From Nitriliruptorales bacterium (GTDB lineage Bacteria; Actinomycetota; Nitriliruptoria; Euzebyales; JAHELV01), in the NCBI GenBank assembly GCA_024644015.1, contig JAHELV010000002.1, forward strand, positions 57,799-121,798: a stretch of 64,000 nucleotides of DNA. The letters are read 5' to 3'. The translations under genes and the position numbers were made by a program. Below, one piece after another: positions 32,878 to 41,349 of this stretch. The number at the start of each line of letters is the position of its first letter. The first letter of the stretch is position 1. The notes beneath the pieces are model-generated. The model did no database searches. It saw nothing but the letters and a program-made list of their open reading frames with translations, and was not told the origin of the DNA.

Positions 32878-34077
32878 ATGGCCACCTCGCTGCCGCATCT
32901 CCACAGACCCCCCACGTCCGCGTCGATCGCCGTGCTCAGCACGTATCCGCCGACACGCTGCGGCCTGGCGTCGTTCTCGTCCGCGCTCGTCGATGCACTC
33001 GTGACCCAAGACCCCGGACGCCACGTCGGAGTCGTCGCCATCGACGGCACCCGGCAGCCCAGCGGAGAGGTCGTCGCCACGCTCGCCGGAGGCGGGCCGC
33101 ACCATCTGCAGGCCGCCGCGGCCGCGCTCAACCGGTTCGAGACGGTCATCCTCCAGCACGAGTACGGCATCTTCGCCGGGCCGGACGGCGATTCGGCGGT
33201 CGCCCTGCTCGAACGCGTCGTGCGGCCCGTGATCACCGTGCTCCACACCGTGCTCGACCAGCCGACGCCCTGCCAGCGGCGTGTGCTGGAACAGGTGGTC
33301 GATGGCAGCGTCGCCGCAGTCGTCATGACCGAAGTCGCGAAGGCGCGACTGCTCCGGCGCTACGTCGTGGACCCGGCGAAGGTGCGTGTCATCCCACACG
33401 GGTCGTCGGCCCCGGCCGGTGCGCGCGTGCGGCGGGACGAGCGGCCGCTGCTGCTGACCTGGGGGCTGCTCGGCCCCGGCAAGGGCGTCGAGCTCGCGAT
33501 CGACGCGCTGCGCGGACTGCGCGACCTGCGGCCTCTGCCGCGGTACGTGGTCGCCGGTCAGACGCATCCGAAGGTGCGCGAGCAGTCCGGCGAGGCGTAT
33601 CGCGAGCTGCTGATGGCGCGGGCGTGCGACCGGGACGTCGACGCGATGGTCGAGTTCGACGATCGCTACCTCGATCGCCGCGCGCTCGGCGCGCTGATCC
33701 AGCGGGCCAGCGTGGTGGTCCTGCCCTACGAGTCACGCGAACAGGTGACCTCCGGCGTGCTGGTCGATGCGCTGGCGTGCGGAACGCCCGTGGTGACGAC
33801 CGCGTTCCCGCACGCGGCCGAGGTCTGTGCGCGGGGCGCCGGCATCGCCGTGCCCCATGGAGACGTCGATGCCCTGGCGGAGGCGTTGCGGCGGGTGATC
33901 GCCGATCGCAGGCTCGCCTCCCGCCTGCGGGCCGCCGCGAGGGGCATCGGCAGCGAGCTGTCATGGCAGTCCGTCGCCGTGCGGTACGCAGCCCTGGCCG
34001 ACGAGGTCACCGGCCGCAACCACCCGCTGCCGTTCGCCGGTGCGACCCGTGCGCCTGCGATCGTGGCCGCGCGGTGA
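32878..34077 (+). CDS. GT4-family glycosyltransferase (second copy)
   Basis: I trimmed the track ORF to ATG 32878 (MATSLPHLHRPPTSASIAVLSTYPPTRCGLASFS). C-terminal motif YESREQVTSGVLVDALACGTPVVTTAFPHAAEV. Confidence 0.8.
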   Translation: MATSLPHLHRPPTSASIAVLSTYPPTRCGLASFSSALVDALVTQDPGRHVGVVAIDGTRQPSGEVVATLAGGGPHHLQAAAAALNRFETVILQHEYGIFAGPDGDSAVALLERVVRPVITVLHTVLDQPTPCQRRVLEQVVDGSVAAVVMTEVAKARLLRRYVVDPAKVRVIPHGSSAPAGARVRRDERPLLLTWGLLGPGKGVELAIDALRGLRDLRPLPRYVVAGQTHPKVREQSGEAYRELLMARACDRDVDAMVEFDDRYLDRRALGALIQRASVVVLPYESREQVTSGVLVDALACGTPVVTTAFPHAAEVCARGAGIAVPHGDVDALAEALRRVIADRRLASRLRAAARGIGSELSWQSVAVRYAALADEVTGRNHPLPFAGATRAPAIVAAR

Positions 34078-35126
34078 GCATCCGCATGCACGCCTTGGCT
34101 GGTGAGCGGCCCGGCGGCCGGCGGCCGGGAAGTCTCGCGCATCTCCTCCGGCTCACCGACGACGTCGGCCTGCTCGAACACGCCGACCACGCTGTTCCGC
34201 GGGTCGAACATGGATACTGCGTCGACGACAACGCCCGGGCGGTCGTCGTCGTCGAGCGTGCGCTGACTGAGGTGCCCGGTGTCGCCGGCATCTTCGATCG
34301 CTACGTCGAGTTCGTGCTCGCGGCGCAGGCGCCCGACGGTCGCTTCCACAATCGCCTCGACTACGCCGAACGTCGGTGGCTGGACCCCGCTGGGACAGGC
34401 GACTGGTGGGGTCGGGCCATGTGGGCGATGGGTCACGTCGCGGCTCGTCGACCGACACACCGGCTCGCCGAACGCGCGCGAGCGGCGTTCGTCGCGGGCG
34501 CGAACCACCGCAGCGCCCATCGCCGTGCGATGGCGTTCGCGGCGCTCGGGGCCGCAGAGCTGCACCGCGGCGCAGCATCGCCGCACGAGGCGTCGGTCGC
34601 CGCGGAAGTGCTGAACGACGCGGTCACCGTGATCGGCCGCCCAGGCGAGCCCGGCTGGCCGTGGCCGGAGCCGCGACTGACATACGCCAACGCGAGGCTG
34701 CCGGAGGCCCTGATCGCGGCTGGGACGACGCTACACCACGCCACCGCGTTGAACGACGGCCTGGCGCTGCTGGGCTGGCTCGCCGATGTCGAGACCCGTG
34801 GTGCCATGATGAGCTTCACGCCGGTCGGCGGGTGGGCGCCAGGTGAGCCCCGCCCGGCGTTCGATCAGCAGCCCATCGAGGCGTGGGCGATGGCGGCGGC
34901 GGCCGCCCGCGCGTCGCGCGCCACCGGCGACGAGCGCTGGGCGACGCTCGTCGCGCACTGCGACGCGTGGTTCACTGGCGCCAATGACCGCGGAGTCCCA
35001 GTCGTCGATCTCGAATCCGGCGGTGGCTGCGACGGCCTCACCGCCGACGGCCGCAACGAGAACCAGGGCGCCGAATCGACGTTGGCGTTCATTGCGACAC
35101 GCCAGATCGCACAACGGGGACCGTAA
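34074..35126 (+). CDS. Conserved hypothetical protein translationally coupled to GT4; a glycoside-hydrolase-like helical barrel fold is only a weak guess
   Basis: GTG 34074 overlaps the GT4 stop (GTGA). GC3 is high throughout. Motifs HGYCVDDNARAVVVV and GDWWGRAMWAMGH. No family could be named with certainty. Confidence 0.5.
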   Translation: MSIRMHALAGERPGGRRPGSLAHLLRLTDDVGLLEHADHAVPRVEHGYCVDDNARAVVVVERALTEVPGVAGIFDRYVEFVLAAQAPDGRFHNRLDYAERRWLDPAGTGDWWGRAMWAMGHVAARRPTHRLAERARAAFVAGANHRSAHRRAMAFAALGAAELHRGAASPHEASVAAEVLNDAVTVIGRPGEPGWPWPEPRLTYANARLPEALIAAGTTLHHATALNDGLALLGWLADVETRGAMMSFTPVGGWAPGEPRPAFDQQPIEAWAMAAAAARASRATGDERWATLVAHCDAWFTGANDRGVPVVDLESGGGCDGLTADGRNENQGAESTLAFIATRQIAQRGP

Positions 35127-35183
35127 CCCGGTGAACGCGAGCGGTTGCCGGCTGAGACCCGGCAACCAAGGGAGTGGCGCGAC

Positions 35184-36014
35184 GTGAGCGGAAGCGTCAG
35201 CGTGGTGGTTGCCCGGCGCGTGCGGGACGGCGCGGAGGGCGCATTCGTCCAGTGGGCGACGCGCATCATCGCGGAGGCGGCGCGTGCTCCGGGGTTCCTC
35301 GGCGCCGAGCTGCAAAGACCCGACCAGGCGCATCCGGACGCGTGGGTCACCGTGTACCGCTTCGCGACCGCCGAGGAGTTGGCCGCGTGGCGCTCGTCTG
35401 AGCGGCGGGCCGCTCTGATCGACGAGATCGCTCCTTCATTGCAGGGGACGGTCAAGGAGCAGTTGGTCGCCGAGCCGGCGCGCTCCGACACACCGGTGAC
35501 CGTTGTGATGTCCCAACAGATCCGTCGTGGGCGCGCGCGGGACTTCGAGGCGGCTCACGACGGTGTGGTCACGAAGCTGTCGGCGTTCCCCGGGTTTCTG
35601 CGGTCCGAGCTCATCCCGCCGGTCGACGGCGTCTCCGGCGACCACGTCATCGTCTTCGCGTTCGACGCTCGCGCCAACCTGGATCGCTGGCTCGAATCCG
35701 ACGAACGTCGATCGTGGCTGGAACAGGTCACCCCACTGATCGAGGGGGACCGCAAGATGAACGTCGTCGGCGGTTTCGCAGGCTGGTTCCGAGCGACCGA
35801 CGATGCACACACGCCGAAATGGAAGCAGGCGACGGCGGTCCTGCTGGCGTTGTTCCCGACGGCCCTCACCCTGAGCCTTCTTCGCCAGGCGCTCCTGCCC
35901 GACCTGGCGCTGGTCCCGAGCGTGTTTCTGTCCAACGTGCTGGGCGTCGCAGTGTTGACGTGGCTGCTCATGCCGTGGGTCACCCGCGCGCTCGGACCGT
36001 GGCTCAAGCACTGA
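35184..36014 (+). CDS. Tandem ABM (antibiotic-biosynthesis-monooxygenase-like) domains with a C-terminal two-span membrane anchor
   Basis: Two repeats of the ferredoxin-like barrel (VSVVVARRVRDGAEGAFVQWATRI...VTVYRFATAEELAAWRSSERR and VTVVMSQQIRRGRARDFEAAHDGV...VIVFAFDARANLDRWLESDER). These are followed by hydrophobic KQATAVLLALFPTALTLSLL...VLGVAVLTWLLMPWV. GTG 35184 with AAGGGAG upstream is preferred over the TTG at 35145. Confidence 0.65.
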   Translation: MSGSVSVVVARRVRDGAEGAFVQWATRIIAEAARAPGFLGAELQRPDQAHPDAWVTVYRFATAEELAAWRSSERRAALIDEIAPSLQGTVKEQLVAEPARSDTPVTVVMSQQIRRGRARDFEAAHDGVVTKLSAFPGFLRSELIPPVDGVSGDHVIVFAFDARANLDRWLESDERRSWLEQVTPLIEGDRKMNVVGGFAGWFRATDDAHTPKWKQATAVLLALFPTALTLSLLRQALLPDLALVPSVFLSNVLGVAVLTWLLMPWVTRALGPWLKH

Positions 36015-36023
36015 GGTCAACAG

Positions 36024-37028
36024 TCAGGTCAGCGCCCGGCGACACGCGCGGAAGAACTCGATCACCGTCCGGCGCTGATCGTCGGCCTGCACGACCTCCG
36101 ACAACGCCAACTCGGCGCCGACGAACGCATCGGCGTTCCACAGCGTGGACTCAGGGACCGTTTCGGGGCGCCAAGGCGTCACGTAGGCGTACGGCTGCGG
36201 GTGGGCGGCATCGCCGGGCGACATGCCGAAGCCGGCGCGCCGATCACCGGCGAGGCACTCGAACGCCGCGTCGAAGTGCTCCGGCCACAGCTGCACCCTG
36301 CTCGCCTCCACGCTCTCGGCGTCGGCACGCACCTCCTCGAGCACCGACCAGGCGAAGCCGAACCAGTCGCCGAGGAACGCCGCCGCACCGGGTTCGACGT
36401 CGAGGTGAGCATCCATGTCGCCGGCCGGTGGTACGTCGAGGCCCGCCGCCCAGTCCACGGCCGGAGCTCCGTCCAGAGCGAACGCCGCTGCCTCGGTGAG
36501 CGTCGAGATGGGCAACGCCCACGCATTCGGGCCCCGTTGACGGATCACGTTCGTGCCGTCGACGCGAACCTGCTCGTCGGCTCCGAAGAACGGGGTGCCA
36601 AAGCCGCCCCGTGTGTAGCGCAGTGCCATCTTGCCCTCGCTGGCGCGCTGCCTGGCGGGCGACAGGACATACACCGCCAGGCGGTGCAGCGCGTTGCGTG
36701 TACGCGCGTAGCCGTCGGGTGGCCGCGACAGCCGCCGGTGCCGCCCGAGCCAGCGGTCGCGCAGCCATCCCGCCGGCAGGTCGATCGCGTCCGAGGAGGC
36801 CAACCTCGACCAGGTGAGATCGCCGCGTCCCCGGACCGGCGAGATGACCTGTGTGTCCGGATCGGACGAGGTCGCGTCGACAGGGTCGTCGGCCCACCAC
36901 GGCGAAGCGGTGATCGCGGGCGGCGACGGCTCGAGGACGCGGGGGTCGTAGTGCGCCCCGGCGACGGCACGCGCTTCGGCGCGTGGGTCGCGGGCGGCGA
37001 TGGCGGTGACGGGAAGTGAGGTGACCAT
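36024..37028 (-). CDS. Hypothetical protein (334 aa), last gene of the Rieske-TPP operon
   Basis: This is the 3' part of the chimeric 979-aa track ORF. ATG 37028 overlaps the stop of the upstream gene (ATGA). GC3 is high and the amino-acid composition is not Arg/Pro-biased. I recognise no motif. Confidence 0.6.
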   Translation of the reverse strand: MVTSLPVTAIAARDPRAEARAVAGAHYDPRVLEPSPPAITASPWWADDPVDATSSDPDTQVISPVRGRGDLTWSRLASSDAIDLPAGWLRDRWLGRHRRLSRPPDGYARTRNALHRLAVYVLSPARQRASEGKMALRYTRGGFGTPFFGADEQVRVDGTNVIRQRGPNAWALPISTLTEAAAFALDGAPAVDWAAGLDVPPAGDMDAHLDVEPGAAAFLGDWFGFAWSVLEEVRADAESVEASRVQLWPEHFDAAFECLAGDRRAGFGMSPGDAAHPQPYAYVTPWRPETVPESTLWNADAFVGAELALSEVVQADDQRRTVIEFFRACRRALT

Positions 37029-37030
37029 GA

Positions 37031-39037
37031 TCACACCAACTGCGGGTCGTTGACGATGTGGACCAGTGACGGGCCGGGGTGGGCCAGGGCCGCGCGCAGC
37101 GCCGGTTCGAGCTCGTCGAGCGTGCCGGCGCGCAGGCCCCGGACGCCGCACAACTCCGCGAACGCCGCGAAGTCGGGGTTGCGCAGCGACGTCTGCCACA
37201 CGTCCCACTCGCCCGCGCGCTGCTCCTTGGAGATCTTGCCCAGCTCGCCGTTGTCGAGCAGCACGTGGGTGATCGGCATGTCGTACTTGGCGAGCGTCGT
37301 CAGCTCCATGGCGTACTGCCCGAACCCGCCGTCGCCGCTGATCCCGATGACCTTGCGGCTGTCGCCGACCGCCGCCCATGCGCCCATCGCCGCCGGGAGA
37401 CCGAACCCGATGGAGCCGAGGTAGCCCGACATCAGCACGTCCTGCGCGCCCGACGACTCGAAGTAGCGCCCGAACGAGTACGCGTTGTTGCCGACGTCCA
37501 CGCACAGCACCGCATCGTGGGGCACGGTCCGGGTCAGCGCGTCGAAGATGGCCGCCGAGCCGACCCCGTGGCCGCGGTCGTCGCCTCGTCGCCGCTCCTT
37601 CTCGCGCTGCCACAGCGCCCGGCGCTCTGCCACCTCGCCGCGCAGGTCGACGCCGCCGGACGTGTCGGGCAGGCCGTCGATCAGCGCACGTGCGGTCACG
37701 CCAACGTCGCCGAGCACGGGCACGGTGACCGCGTGGAATCGCCCGAGCGCCATCGGGTCGCGATCGACCTGGACGATCGGCTTGTAGTCCGCGACTCCGG
37801 TGTGGTTGGAGAACGACGCGCCGAAGGCGATGACGAGGTCGCTTTCGTTCATGAACCACGACGCCACCGGTGTGCCGCTGCGGCCGAGCACGCCGCACCC
37901 GAGGGGATGCCGATCCGACATCATGCCCTTGGCCTTGAAGGTCGTCATCACGGGAGCGCCGAGTCGCTCGGCCACCGCGAGCACGTCGCGGATGCCGTCG
38001 CGCGCTCCGGCACCGACGATGATCAGCGGTCTGCGCGCCGCTGCGATCGCCGACCGCGCGGCCGCGAGCGCGTCGGCCGGAGGTGCGACGCGCAGGTCGC
38101 CGATGCGGCCGTCGGGCGGCTTCGCTGCCTGGTCGTCGCCGGCCGGCAGGTTCTGGACCTCGTCCGGGAACACCAGGTGGGCGACGTCGCGCTCGACGAT
38201 CGCCGTCTTGCATGCCAGCGCAACCAACTCGGCGTGGTCGCTGTCGGCCTGCACCGTCTTCGTGTAGCGGGCGACATCGGCGAACGCTCCGTTCAGGTCG
38301 ACATCCTGGAAGGCGCCACGGCCGAGCACCTTCGACGGCACCTGGCCCGACAGCGCCAGGACGGGCGCGCGGTCCGCCTTCGCGTCGTACAGCCCGGTCA
38401 GCAGGTTGGTCGACCCGGGCCCGGCGATGCCGAAACACGCCGCGGGGCGTCCAGTCAGCTTTCCGTACGCACCGGCGGCGAACGCGGCGGCACCCTCGTG
38501 ACGGATGCCGATGAAGCGCAGCTCGCCTTTGGCCTCGGCCGAGCGGAACGCGTCGGCGAGGCCGAGGTTGGAGTGGCCGACCATGCCGAACACATGGTCG
38601 ATGCCCCACGCCACCATGGTCTCGACCGCCACGTCGGCGATGGTGCGGGCGCGCGGTCGCTCGTCGGGAAGGGCGACCCAGACACCGTCGGACCGTACCT
38701 CGGTGCGGTAGCTGGCGGGTTTGTCGGAGAATGGTGGCGGCGGGGCACCGTTGCATGGCGAGTAGTCGTAGCCGTGCCAGGGGCAGCGCAGCCAGCCCTT
38801 CTCGATGGAACCCTCGCCCAGCGGGCCGCCCTGGTGCGGACAGCGGTTGTCGAGCGCGCCGTAACGACCGTTGAAGCGGGTCATCGCGAGCGTGCGGTGC
38901 CCGAGCGTCACTGTTGTGACGCGGCCGTCGGCCAGGTCGTCGGGGCCCAGCGCCCGCCACCACGTGTAGGCGCCGTCCGGGTGTTGCGGTGGGTCCAGCG
39001 AGGGGTCTGGCTTGACGGGTGCGGCGACGTCGGTCAT
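37031..39037 (-). CDS. Rieske [2Fe-2S] domain fused to a thiamine-pyrophosphate enzyme (pyruvate-oxidase / acetolactate-synthase superfamily)
   Basis: N-terminus: CPHQGGPLGEGSIEKGWLRCPWHG (C-x-H...C-x-x-H Rieske ligands). Then TPP_enzyme_N: GIDHVFGMVGHSNLGLADAF...IRHEGAAAFAAGAYGKLTGRPAACFGIAGPGSTNLLTGLYDA. Central domain: PLIIVGAGAR. TPP-binding: GISGDGGFGQYAMELTTLAKYDMPITHVLLDNGELG. I trimmed the start to ATG 39037 (MTDVAAPV). Confidence 0.85.
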   Translation of the reverse strand: MTDVAAPVKPDPSLDPPQHPDGAYTWWRALGPDDLADGRVTTVTLGHRTLAMTRFNGRYGALDNRCPHQGGPLGEGSIEKGWLRCPWHGYDYSPCNGAPPPPFSDKPASYRTEVRSDGVWVALPDERPRARTIADVAVETMVAWGIDHVFGMVGHSNLGLADAFRSAEAKGELRFIGIRHEGAAAFAAGAYGKLTGRPAACFGIAGPGSTNLLTGLYDAKADRAPVLALSGQVPSKVLGRGAFQDVDLNGAFADVARYTKTVQADSDHAELVALACKTAIVERDVAHLVFPDEVQNLPAGDDQAAKPPDGRIGDLRVAPPADALAAARSAIAAARRPLIIVGAGARDGIRDVLAVAERLGAPVMTTFKAKGMMSDRHPLGCGVLGRSGTPVASWFMNESDLVIAFGASFSNHTGVADYKPIVQVDRDPMALGRFHAVTVPVLGDVGVTARALIDGLPDTSGGVDLRGEVAERRALWQREKERRRGDDRGHGVGSAAIFDALTRTVPHDAVLCVDVGNNAYSFGRYFESSGAQDVLMSGYLGSIGFGLPAAMGAWAAVGDSRKVIGISGDGGFGQYAMELTTLAKYDMPITHVLLDNGELGKISKEQRAGEWDVWQTSLRNPDFAAFAELCGVRGLRAGTLDELEPALRAALAHPGPSLVHIVNDPQLV

Positions 39038-39068
39038 CAGCGTGCCTCCGGTGAGGTGTGTCCGCTGC

Positions 39069-39806
39069 TCAGCGGTGCTCGGGGTTGGGGTAGTCGAAAC
39101 GGCAGCCGGCGTCCCACTCGGAGCGCTGGTTGCCGTGCGCGGGGATCCCACCGGCGTCCTTGAGCATCCGCGCCATGTGCAGCAGGTTCCACGTCATGAA
39201 CGTCGTGTTGCGGTTCGTGAAGTCGTTCTCGGGTCCGCCGGAACCCGGGTCGGCGTACGACGGGCCGGGACCCGCCTCGCCGATCCAGCCCGCGTCTGCC
39301 TGCGGCGGGATCGTGTAGCCCAGGTGCTGCAGCGAGTACAGGATGTTCATGGCGCAGTGCTTGACGCCGTCCTCGTTGCCGGTGACCAGGCAGCCGGCGA
39401 CCCGCCCGTAGTAGGCGTACTGGCCGGCGTCGTTGAGTAGATGGCTGTTGCCGTACAGCCGCTCGATGACCTGGGTGCACACCGACGACTTCTCGCCCAG
39501 CCAGATCGGCGTGATGAGCACCAGGATGTCGGCGGCCATCACCTTCTCGAAGACGGCGGGCCAGTCGTCGCGCTCCCAGCCGTGTTCGGTCATGTCGGGC
39601 CACACGCCGGTGGCGATCGCTTGATCAACCGCACGCACCGACTCGACCTCCACGCCCTGCTTCTGCAGCAGCGAGATCGACCGGTCCGCGAGGACCTGCG
39701 TGTGTGACTGCTCCGGTGACCGTTTCAGCGTGCAGTTGATGAAGATCGCCCGCAGGTCGCTGTAGTCCTGCGCGCCGTTGCCGCTGGCCATGTCGGTGGT
39801 GCTCAT
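39069..39806 (-). CDS. NAD(P)H-dependent FMN reductase / flavodoxin-like fold protein
   Basis: LRAIFINCTLKRSPEQSHTQVLADRSISLLQKQGVEVESVRAV...ADILVLITPIWLGEKSS is the FMN_red/flavodoxin_2 pattern. It lies 31 nt upstream of the Rieske-TPP gene on the same strand. Confidence 0.8.
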   Translation of the reverse strand: MSTTDMASGNGAQDYSDLRAIFINCTLKRSPEQSHTQVLADRSISLLQKQGVEVESVRAVDQAIATGVWPDMTEHGWERDDWPAVFEKVMAADILVLITPIWLGEKSSVCTQVIERLYGNSHLLNDAGQYAYYGRVAGCLVTGNEDGVKHCAMNILYSLQHLGYTIPPQADAGWIGEAGPGPSYADPGSGGPENDFTNRNTTFMTWNLLHMARMLKDAGGIPAHGNQRSEWDAGCRFDYPNPEHR

Positions 39807-39912
39807 CAGGTGCTCCCTGTTCGCTGCGCTCCGCGCGTCGTCGGCCGAGGCGTGTCGTCCACTGCTGTCTCGGCGGCGCCCGACGCGTTACATCCGCGCC
39901 GCGGGATCCGCG

Positions 39913-39944
39913 GGTGGCCGACCCCGGGTTCGGAGCCGGCCACC
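39913..39944 (-). terminator. Hairpin downstream of the lactonase-like gene (possible intrinsic terminator without a T-tract)
   Basis: GGTGGCCG (39913-39920) and CGGCCACC (39937-39944) form an 8-bp GC stem with a 16-nt loop. It starts 17 nt past the stop codon at 39962-39964 on the minus strand. Confidence 0.3.
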
Positions 39945-39961
39945 TGACGCCCACGGCGCTG

Positions 39962-41296
39962 CTACAGCGCGGCGATTCCCGCCGGGCTGCCCAGGGGGCT
40001 GAAGTCGATCGGCGCCTGATCGCCGTCGATTGTCTTCGGTAGGCCCGGGAACTCGCCGAGCTTGGTGAGGCTGCCGTCGCTGCCGATCTGCCAGGCGCCG
40101 ACCTTGCCCGCGCCGGGCAGGACCACGTACAGGAACCGCCCGTTGCCACTGACGGCCATGTCGAGCGGCGTGGTGCCCTGCAGGTTGCCGGGATCATCGG
40201 TCGTGCCGGCGACCTGCTCGAGCAATGTCAGCTGCCCGTCGCTGCCGACGCGGAAGCTGGACACCGTGCCCGAGGTGTAGTTCGCGCCGAAGGCGTACCT
40301 GCCGTTGTTGACGACCCAGCACGTGTCGAACTGGTGGTCGAACTCGCCGTCGGTGATGGCTGTCAGCGTCCCGTCGTCGTTGATCCGGTACGAGCCGGCG
40401 GCGCCGGTCGGGATCGGCGTGCCGCCGAGGTCCTCGGGCGTGCCGCCGACGAAGAGCGCGACGAGCATGTTGCCGTGACGGTCGAACGAAAACCCGAACG
40501 GCCCGCGGAAGCCGAAGTCGGTTCGCGTGTAGTCGGCCGACGGCCGGCCGTCCCGCACCGACCAGACCAGCACGCGGCCCGGGCCGGTCGGCTCGACGCC
40601 GTCCACGAGGTCGGGCGACGGACCATCCTTGATCGTCACGACCAGCTGCCGGCCGTCGGGCGTGAACGACACCTGCGTCGGGTTGTACAGCGCGTCCGGC
40701 GCGAAGCGCTGCTGGTTGGCGTCGAGCGTCCGGCGTGAGCCCGCGATCGGCGTGAGCTTGCCGTCGTTCGACAGTCGGAAGCCGGTGATCGACCCCTCGT
40801 CGGCGGAGTTGAGGACGTACACCAGCTTGCCGTGCTGCGTGACGCTGTTGGGGAACCGCTGACCGGGCGAGCCGTCACCAGTGACCACGATGTCGGTGCG
40901 CTCCAAGCGGTCGCGGTGCACCCGGAAGACCGTCACGTCGTTGCTGCCCGCGTTCGTGACGAACAGGAACCGACGGTCGTGGCTGAGGGTCACCGAGCCA
41001 CCGGAGCCCAGCCCGTCGCCGGCGAAGCGCTGACCGGGACCCGACCCCTGGCCGCCGGTGTCGAAGTAGCCGCGCAGTTGCAGGCGACCGTCGGGCCCGC
41101 GGGTGTACATGGCCACCTGGTTCGCCGGCTCGGCCGGGTCAGTGGCGTTCGTGTTGTTGTGGTTCGTGCCTACGAAGACCGCGCCGGCGGGTGGTGTCTT
41201 CTCGGCGGCGAAGGCGGATGGGACGAGCATGCCGATCAGGAGCATGGAGGCCGTCACCCTGGCGATGACGCGCCGAAGCGTCGGGGTCATGGGCAT
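39962..41296 (-). CDS. Secreted lactonase-type 7-bladed beta-propeller protein
   Basis: I trimmed the track ORF to ATG 41296 (AAGGAA RBS). The signal peptide MPMTPTLRRVIARVTASMLLIGMLVPSAFAAE is followed by repeated propeller-blade patterns (RFLFVTNAGSNDVTVFRV; KLVYVLNSADEGSITGFRL; RQLVVT; RYAFGANYTSGTVSSFRV; RFLYVVLPGAGKVGAWQI). Confidence 0.75.
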   Translation of the reverse strand: MPMTPTLRRVIARVTASMLLIGMLVPSAFAAEKTPPAGAVFVGTNHNNTNATDPAEPANQVAMYTRGPDGRLQLRGYFDTGGQGSGPGQRFAGDGLGSGGSVTLSHDRRFLFVTNAGSNDVTVFRVHRDRLERTDIVVTGDGSPGQRFPNSVTQHGKLVYVLNSADEGSITGFRLSNDGKLTPIAGSRRTLDANQQRFAPDALYNPTQVSFTPDGRQLVVTIKDGPSPDLVDGVEPTGPGRVLVWSVRDGRPSADYTRTDFGFRGPFGFSFDRHGNMLVALFVGGTPEDLGGTPIPTGAAGSYRINDDGTLTAITDGEFDHQFDTCWVVNNGRYAFGANYTSGTVSSFRVGSDGQLTLLEQVAGTTDDPGNLQGTTPLDMAVSGNGRFLYVVLPGAGKVGAWQIGSDGSLTKLGEFPGLPKTIDGDQAPIDFSPLGSPAGIAAL

Positions 41297-41349
41297 TCCT
41301 TTCTCGTGGCGGGCCGACGTCGACCCACGCGGACGGGGGTGGCCCGCGA

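Noticed and set aside
36024-38963. A 979-aa minus-strand ORF suggesting one huge protein.
   Set aside because: Its 5' two-thirds are an out-of-frame read through the Rieske-TPP gene and are Arg/Pro-rich. A clean ATG at 37028 overlaps the TPP gene stop (ATGA). Only 36024-37028 is retained.
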